Source: Oscillospiraceae bacterium (GTDB taxonomy: Bacteria > Bacillota > Clostridia > Oscillospirales > Oscillospiraceae). Taken from it: a DNA stretch of 64,000 nt. Location: the NCBI GenBank assembly GCA_017469795.1, contig JAFUFT010000016.1, positions 16,555 to 80,554 on the forward strand, in the 5' to 3' direction. Shown here piece after piece: positions 59,414 to 64,000 of the stretch. The notes below the pieces were generated by a model. The model saw only the letters and a program-made list of their open reading frames with translations. It ran no database searches and was not told where the DNA came from. Positions within the stretch are counted from its first letter, which is position 1, and the number at the start of each line of letters is the position of its first letter. A program made the position numbers and the translations under genes.

Positions 59414-59444
59414 GGCAATTCCTCCTTCGTGGTTCTTCATTCTT

Positions 59445-59473
59445 AGTATACGCCCGAAGCAGAGCCGCCGCAA
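59445..59473 (-). promoter_or_regulatory. possible promoter of the hydrolase gene
   Basis: The minus strand reads TTGCGG (RC of 59468-59473), a 17-nt spacer, then TATACT (RC of 59445-59450). Confidence 0.45.
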
Positions 59474-59621
59474 GAGTTTTTGGGAAAAACTATCATTTCC
59501 TATTGGCATGATAGACTTTGTGCCAAGATGCCAATCACATATCATTTCAATATGATTGAGAGGATTAAAACCCACGGCATACCGAGCATTATTGTACCCA
59601 AAACCAATCACATTTCCCCAT

Positions 59622-59657
59622 ATGAAAACGCGCCCGGCAGAAACTGCCGGGCGCGTT
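59622..59657 (-). terminator. intrinsic terminator after the CoA-transferase gene
   Basis: AACGCGCCCGGCAG-uuu-CUGCCGGGCGCGUU (14 bp), followed on the minus strand by UUCAU. Confidence 0.75.
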
Positions 59658-59660
59658 ATA

Positions 59661-60971
59661 TTACCAGATCATCAGCTTTTCCGCCTGGAACCGCAGCTCG
59701 TCCCGGAAGTCGGGATGGGCGATGCGGATCAGCTCATCCACCCGCTTGTCGAAGGGCAGATGCCGCAGATGGGCGATGCCGTACTCGGTGATCACGTAGT
59801 CCACAATGTTCCGCTGAATGGACACCACCGCGCCGGGGGTCAGGGTGGGCACGATCCGGGAGACCACGCCGTTTTTGGTCTGGGCCGTGGAGGTCAGAGC
59901 GATGATGCCCTTGCCGCCCTTGGAGTGGAAGGCTCCGTATGCGAAGTCCGTGGCGCCGCCGGTGCCGGAGAACTGCCGGTGGCCGATGGATTCCCCGCAG
60001 ATCTGCGCCGTCAGGTCGATCTCCAGCGCGGAGTTGATGGACACCATGTGGTCGTGGGCAGCCACAGTGTTGGGATTGTTGATATAACTGGTGGGCCGCA
60101 TCTCAATGGCTGGGTTGTAGTCAATGAACTTGTTGAACTCCCGGTCGCCCCAGCAGAAGGCGCACAGGGATTTGCCCCGGTTGATGTTTTTGCGGTCGTT
60201 GGTGACCACGCCGTCCCGCATCAGGTGGTAGAGGGAGTTGGAGAACATCTCCGTGTGAACGCCCAGGTCCTTCTTATCCTTGAGCTTCTCCGCCACCGCG
60301 TGGGGCAGGCCGCCGAAGCCCAGCTGGATGGTGTCGCCGTCCTCCACCAGAGAGGCCACGTTTTCCGCCAGAGTCCACAGCACGTCGGGAATCGTGTAGG
60401 GCGTGGGCTCGGAGATGGGGTTGTTGGCCTCGATGAAATAGTCCACCTTCTCAATGGGGATCCGGGTGGTGCCGTAGACATGGGGCAGGTTCTCGTTGAC
60501 CTCAAAAATACTCAAATCGCAGATGTCGAAGATCTCGGACTCCGTCTGCTGGGAGCCGGACATGTAGACGTAGCCGTATTCATCCGGCGGTGTGACGGAG
60601 GCGATGAAGATATTCGGCTTTGCGCCGCTGTCGCAGATGGCGTCGATGGCCTTGTGAATGTGGTGGGGTACATAGTGGGTCCGGCGGGCGGTGTGGATCT
60701 TGCGCATGGTGGGCCCGTAGAACACGGTATAGATCTCGATCCGCTTGCCGATGGAGCTGTCCATCAGGAAGGGGTACTCCTCGTCGGGATTGGTACACCA
60801 GATATTCACGTGGTCCACGTGATCCAGCACCCGATGGAACTCCCGGAGGATGTTTCTGGGCTCGTTGCCGTAAAATCCGTGATATACTGTATCCCCGTCA
60901 TGGATCATATTCAGCGCGTCGTCAACGGTAATGAATTTCGAACGATAGAGGGCCTCTTGTTTCTCTGTCAT
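59661..60971 (-). CDS. acetyl-CoA hydrolase/transferase family protein (butyryl-CoA:acetate or 4-hydroxybutyrate CoA-transferase type)
   Basis: The 436-aa ORF has the family motifs LGFGGLPHAV, VHTEMFS, SINSALEIDLTAQ and SGTGGATDF. Confidence 0.88.
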   Translation of the reverse strand: MTEKQEALYRSKFITVDDALNMIHDGDTVYHGFYGNEPRNILREFHRVLDHVDHVNIWCTNPDEEYPFLMDSSIGKRIEIYTVFYGPTMRKIHTARRTHYVPHHIHKAIDAICDSGAKPNIFIASVTPPDEYGYVYMSGSQQTESEIFDICDLSIFEVNENLPHVYGTTRIPIEKVDYFIEANNPISEPTPYTIPDVLWTLAENVASLVEDGDTIQLGFGGLPHAVAEKLKDKKDLGVHTEMFSNSLYHLMRDGVVTNDRKNINRGKSLCAFCWGDREFNKFIDYNPAIEMRPTSYINNPNTVAAHDHMVSINSALEIDLTAQICGESIGHRQFSGTGGATDFAYGAFHSKGGKGIIALTSTAQTKNGVVSRIVPTLTPGAVVSIQRNIVDYVITEYGIAHLRHLPFDKRVDELIRIAHPDFRDELRFQAEKLMIW

Positions 60972-61008
60972 TATTCAACTCTCCTATGGTTTTTTCGCAT
61001 TACAGTTT

Positions 61009-61037
61009 ATTATAATGCATCTAATCCCGGGACGCAA
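61009..61037 (-). promoter_or_regulatory. possible promoter of the CoA-transferase gene
   Basis: The minus strand reads TTGCGT (RC of 61032-61037), a 17-nt spacer, then TATAAT (RC of 61009-61014). Confidence 0.5.
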
Positions 61038-61069
61038 GCACTTTTCTGCAATTCCGCACTAATCCGGTC

Positions 61070-62968
61070 CTAATCCCGCAGGATCTTCTGCCGCAGCTTG
61101 TAATAGCTCCATTTTTTCCATGTTTCCAGCCGCTGTCCCAGCTCCGTCCCCTCCAGATTGGAGACCGGCTCAATGGTCCCGTCCGCCAGGAGCACGGTCT
61201 CCCGCTGCACCACCGGACAGCTCCGGCGGAGGGAATTGAGGAACCCGAACCAGGCCGTCTCCCCGCCACGGCCTGTCAGCTCCAGTACCGCCGCCCCCAA
61301 AAACGCGGCGGACAGGCTCTCTCCGTCTCCGATCTCCAGCGCCTCCGCGGCCTCCGTCCAGTTCAGGCAGTCCGCCGCCGCGTCGTTGGCCCAGATCACA
61401 TAAGGGGTCTCATAGGCAAAATAGGAGTCCGTGACCGCGCCGTCCACCTGGGAAACGTCCAGCCCCAGCGCCTGATATCCCATGCCGCCGTCCCCCAGAT
61501 AGGGGAGATGATCGCCAAAGAACACCAGCACCACCGGCTCCGGCCGGGCGGCAAAATAGTCCCGAAGCCGGCCCAGCATGGCGTCCGCATCCCGGACGCC
61601 CTCTGTATACACGTTCACCATCATTTGCACTTCTTCCGAAACCGGAACTGCAGTCTCCACCGGATAGTATCTGGCGTCCTCCCTGTATTTTGCGTAGGTA
61701 TAGGACATATGATTCTGGATCGATGTGGTGTAATTGCACAGGAGGGATCCCTCTGCAACTGCGGTTTCAAATTCCCACTCCACCAGCGAGGCTGTATAGT
61801 CATCGCTGATCCAGTCGCCCTTGTACACGGGGGATTCCATCTGTTCGACGAATTCGGTCTGCTCTGCGCCAAGCCACCGGTAGACGTTCTGGCGGTTGTA
61901 GAACCAGGTATACCCCGGATGGATATACGAGGTCCTGTATCCATCCGCCCGGAACACCCGAAACAGGCTATCCAGATTCCGGTCCACCACCCGCATGGCG
62001 GAGGTGGCCGTCTGAGAAAGAGATCTGGTCTGCATCCCGGTGATCACGTCAAATTCCGTGTTGGCCGTTCCGCCGCCAAATCCCGGAACCACCAGACGGC
62101 CGGAGATGCAGTGTTCCTCCTGCTCGATGGCGTGCAGATGCTTCAGCGGGTCGCCCGCCGCCGTAAACACCGGCTGATCGGTCAGATCCGAGAACGCCTC
62201 GTTCATCACAAAGACCACATGGACGTCCGCAGGCGCGCCCGGTTCCCCGGGGGCGCTGTCCCACGCCTCCGCCTCTGCCCGGCTGTAACCCCGGGGACGC
62301 TCCACGGAGTAAGTCCGGAGCATCCGGCAGAACTCATAGGGAAACCCGGTCTCGTTGAAGATGACGGACATCCGGGAAGAATTGGAGATCTTAAACTGCT
62401 GATACACCGTTTTGGAGCCGAGCACCGTCACGCAGAGGACCGCCAGCACCGCGGCGCTGATCCCGGCTCCGGCCAAGGCGGCCTTCCATCCGCGGAGGAA
62501 CGGGCGCTTCGCGGGGCGAAACTTCAGCGTCAGCGCCGCCCCGATCAGGCACAGGAACAGGACCGCCACCAGGGAGATCACCTCCACCGGATACCGGATA
62601 TCGTAGTTCCGCATGGCGCTTCCCACTTCCCGCAGCAGCGCCAGATCCCGGGGAAATACCGGTTCCTCCCGGATCTCGATCTTGATCCGGTTGGCCACGG
62701 ACAGCAGTCCGGTGATCAGTTCCGTCAGGGCTGCGCCTGTAAACAGATTCCTGGTCAAAAAACCGAGAAACGACAGGAGCAGCGCCACCGGCAGCACGTT
62801 GAGCAGGATCAGCACCGGCTGCTCCGAAAAGATCCGCAGCACATCCCGCAGCGGATTCGGCTGACACCACAGCGCCAGGACCGTGATCCCCCCGGACAGC
62901 AGGAGCCAGACCGGCACCGCCGTCCACAGCGGCAGCTCCAGCCGTTTCCATCTGCGTATTCTCTCCAT
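61070..62968 (-). CDS. LTA synthase family / sulfatase-like phosphoglycerol transferase membrane protein
   Basis: The 632-aa ORF has N-terminal TM helices and an extracellular sulfatase domain (VVFVMNEAFSD, GGGTANTEFDVITG, FFGDHLP). Confidence 0.85.
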   Translation of the reverse strand: MERIRRWKRLELPLWTAVPVWLLLSGGITVLALWCQPNPLRDVLRIFSEQPVLILLNVLPVALLLSFLGFLTRNLFTGAALTELITGLLSVANRIKIEIREEPVFPRDLALLREVGSAMRNYDIRYPVEVISLVAVLFLCLIGAALTLKFRPAKRPFLRGWKAALAGAGISAAVLAVLCVTVLGSKTVYQQFKISNSSRMSVIFNETGFPYEFCRMLRTYSVERPRGYSRAEAEAWDSAPGEPGAPADVHVVFVMNEAFSDLTDQPVFTAAGDPLKHLHAIEQEEHCISGRLVVPGFGGGTANTEFDVITGMQTRSLSQTATSAMRVVDRNLDSLFRVFRADGYRTSYIHPGYTWFYNRQNVYRWLGAEQTEFVEQMESPVYKGDWISDDYTASLVEWEFETAVAEGSLLCNYTTSIQNHMSYTYAKYREDARYYPVETAVPVSEEVQMMVNVYTEGVRDADAMLGRLRDYFAARPEPVVLVFFGDHLPYLGDGGMGYQALGLDVSQVDGAVTDSYFAYETPYVIWANDAAADCLNWTEAAEALEIGDGESLSAAFLGAAVLELTGRGGETAWFGFLNSLRRSCPVVQRETVLLADGTIEPVSNLEGTELGQRLETWKKWSYYKLRQKILRD

Positions 62969-63017
62969 TCTGGCGCCCTCCTTTTGCCGGGTTTACGCCT
63001 GTATTATACCATCGGGG

Positions 63018-63563
63018 TCAAGGGACCGCACCCTCCGGCTTCTGCTTTCCGGTTCTGTCCTGCCAGTCCCTGTCCAGGGTCTCCAGCAGAGTCAGCAGGG
63101 TCAGCTTCTCCTCCTCCGACAGAGCGGAAAACTGGGCCGCCCTTCGCGCCTCCCGCTCCCGGACGTGAAGCGCAGCCTTGGCGCGTCCCGCTTCTGTCAG
63201 GGCGATCCGCATCCCCCGGCGGTCTGTCTGGCTGACCGTTCTGGCAATCAGCCCGGCCTTTTCCAGCTTTTTCAGCACCTCGCTGGCGGAGCCGGGCCGG
63301 ATGCGCATGTGGGCCGTCAGCTCCCGCTGGTCCATGGGACCGTTCTCCAGCAGCATGTGCAGGATCCTGCCCTGGCTCTCCCGGTCCTCCATGTGAAACC
63401 GGTGCAGCTTCTCCACCTCCCGGAACACGGCGGAGAGCCGGTTGTTCAGGTCCATCTGCCCATAGTCCTCCGAATCCAGGACGCTGTTTCCGGGCCCGAA
63501 TCCGCCGAATCCCCCCGGTTTTCTGTTGTCTTTCATGCCGTTCCCTCTCTTTCCCGCCGTCAT
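63018..63563 (-). CDS. MarR family transcriptional regulator
   Basis: The 181-aa ORF has a winged HTH (MDQRELTAHMRIRPGSASEVLKKLEKAGLIARTVSQTDRRGMRIALTEAG). Its start overlaps the stop of the upstream ABC gene (ATGA). Confidence 0.85.
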   Translation of the reverse strand: MTAGKRGNGMKDNRKPGGFGGFGPGNSVLDSEDYGQMDLNNRLSAVFREVEKLHRFHMEDRESQGRILHMLLENGPMDQRELTAHMRIRPGSASEVLKKLEKAGLIARTVSQTDRRGMRIALTEAGRAKAALHVREREARRAAQFSALSEEEKLTLLTLLETLDRDWQDRTGKQKPEGAVP

Positions 63564-64000
63564 GTGGCGATTCCGACGAACTGCGTCATATAGAGCGTAT
63601 AGTATTTTCCTTTCCTGGCCAGCAGCTCCTCATGGGTCCCCTGCTCCACGATTGTGCCGTGATCCATGACCACGATGACGTCCGCGTCCTGAATGGTGCT
63701 CAGCCGGTGGGCGATCACAATGGAGGTCCGGTCCTGCATGATCCGGTGCATGGCGTCCTGAATCGCCTTTTCCGTCCGGGTGTCCACGTTGGAGGTGGCC
63801 TCATCGAGGATCAGGATCTTCGGATCCGCCACAAAGGCCCGGGCAATGGCCAGAAGCTGCCGCTGCCCCTGGGAGATGTTCCCGCCGGCGGCGGAGAGCA
63901 TCGTGTCCAGGCCTTCGGGCATGACCCGGATCATCTCGTCGCACCGGCTCATTTCCACCGCCCGGAGCAGCTGCTCCTCCGTGGCCTGCTCGTTGCCGTA
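63560..64000 (-). CDS. ABC exporter ATP-binding domain, C-terminal part (gene continues past the window end)
   Basis: The ORF has the signature-like motif ISQGQRQLLAIARA, Walker B (ILILDEATS) and an H-loop (IVIAHRLST). The reading frame is open to the window edge, so the internal Met used by the track is not the start. Confidence 0.85.
   Translation of the reverse strand, partial: YGNEQATEEQLLRAVEMSRCDEMIRVMPEGLDTMLSAAGGNISQGQRQLLAIARAFVADPKILILDEATSNVDTRTEKAIQDAMHRIMQDRTSIVIAHRLSTIQDADVIVVMDHGTIVEQGTHEELLARKGKYYTLYMTQFVGIAT

Noticed and set aside
59503-59520. A sigma-54-like TGGCAT...TTTG element.
   Set aside because: The spacing does not fit TGGCAC-N5-TTGC. There is no downstream plus-strand gene and no enhancer-binding-protein gene nearby.

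Overview
64-kb chromosomal segment from a high-G+C Firmicutes/Clostridia-type genome. Spot counts of coding lines give about 63% G+C. The gene content looks Oscillospiraceae-like, but that taxon call is inference only. Positions 1-34 kb are one long minus-strand run of housekeeping genes: cysS/cysE behind a Cys T-box, pgsA, rimO, recX-recA, prmC, a two-component system with a lipoprotein, dnaE, whiA-yvcK-rapZ-murB, ileS, divIVA-sepF-yggS, miaA, uppP, mutL, mutS and miaB. Positions 34-42 kb carry a small alarmone synthetase, a DagK-type lipid kinase, a flavin-reductase/rubredoxin fusion, a secreted glycoside hydrolase with four Ig-like repeats, and a four-subunit 2-oxoacid:ferredoxin oxidoreductase operon. 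That operon is preceded by a T-box leader whose specifier reads AUC (Ile). Positions 42.5-43.4 kb are about 850 bp with no credible ORF, low G+C and purine richness. They contain a consensus promoter and a strong intrinsic terminator about 490 nt apart, which I report as a candidate large ncRNA or long leader; this is the most unusual element in the window. Positions 43.4-56.3 kb carry a MATE exporter and a glycogen operon (glgB-glgP-glgC-glgD-glgA) ending in a GH13-GH77 fusion. Positions 56.4-64 kb carry infC-rpmI-rplT with an L20-type leader, ung, an alpha/beta hydrolase, a CoA-transferase, an LtaS-like sulfatase, MarR and a truncated ABC exporter. I found no rRNA, tRNA, CRISPR array, transposase or integrase, and no recognisable defence island. 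Many long ORFs in the track are antisense artefacts of the high G+C content. Several listed ORFs carry spurious N-terminal extensions, which I trimmed to starts that have a ribosome-binding site.
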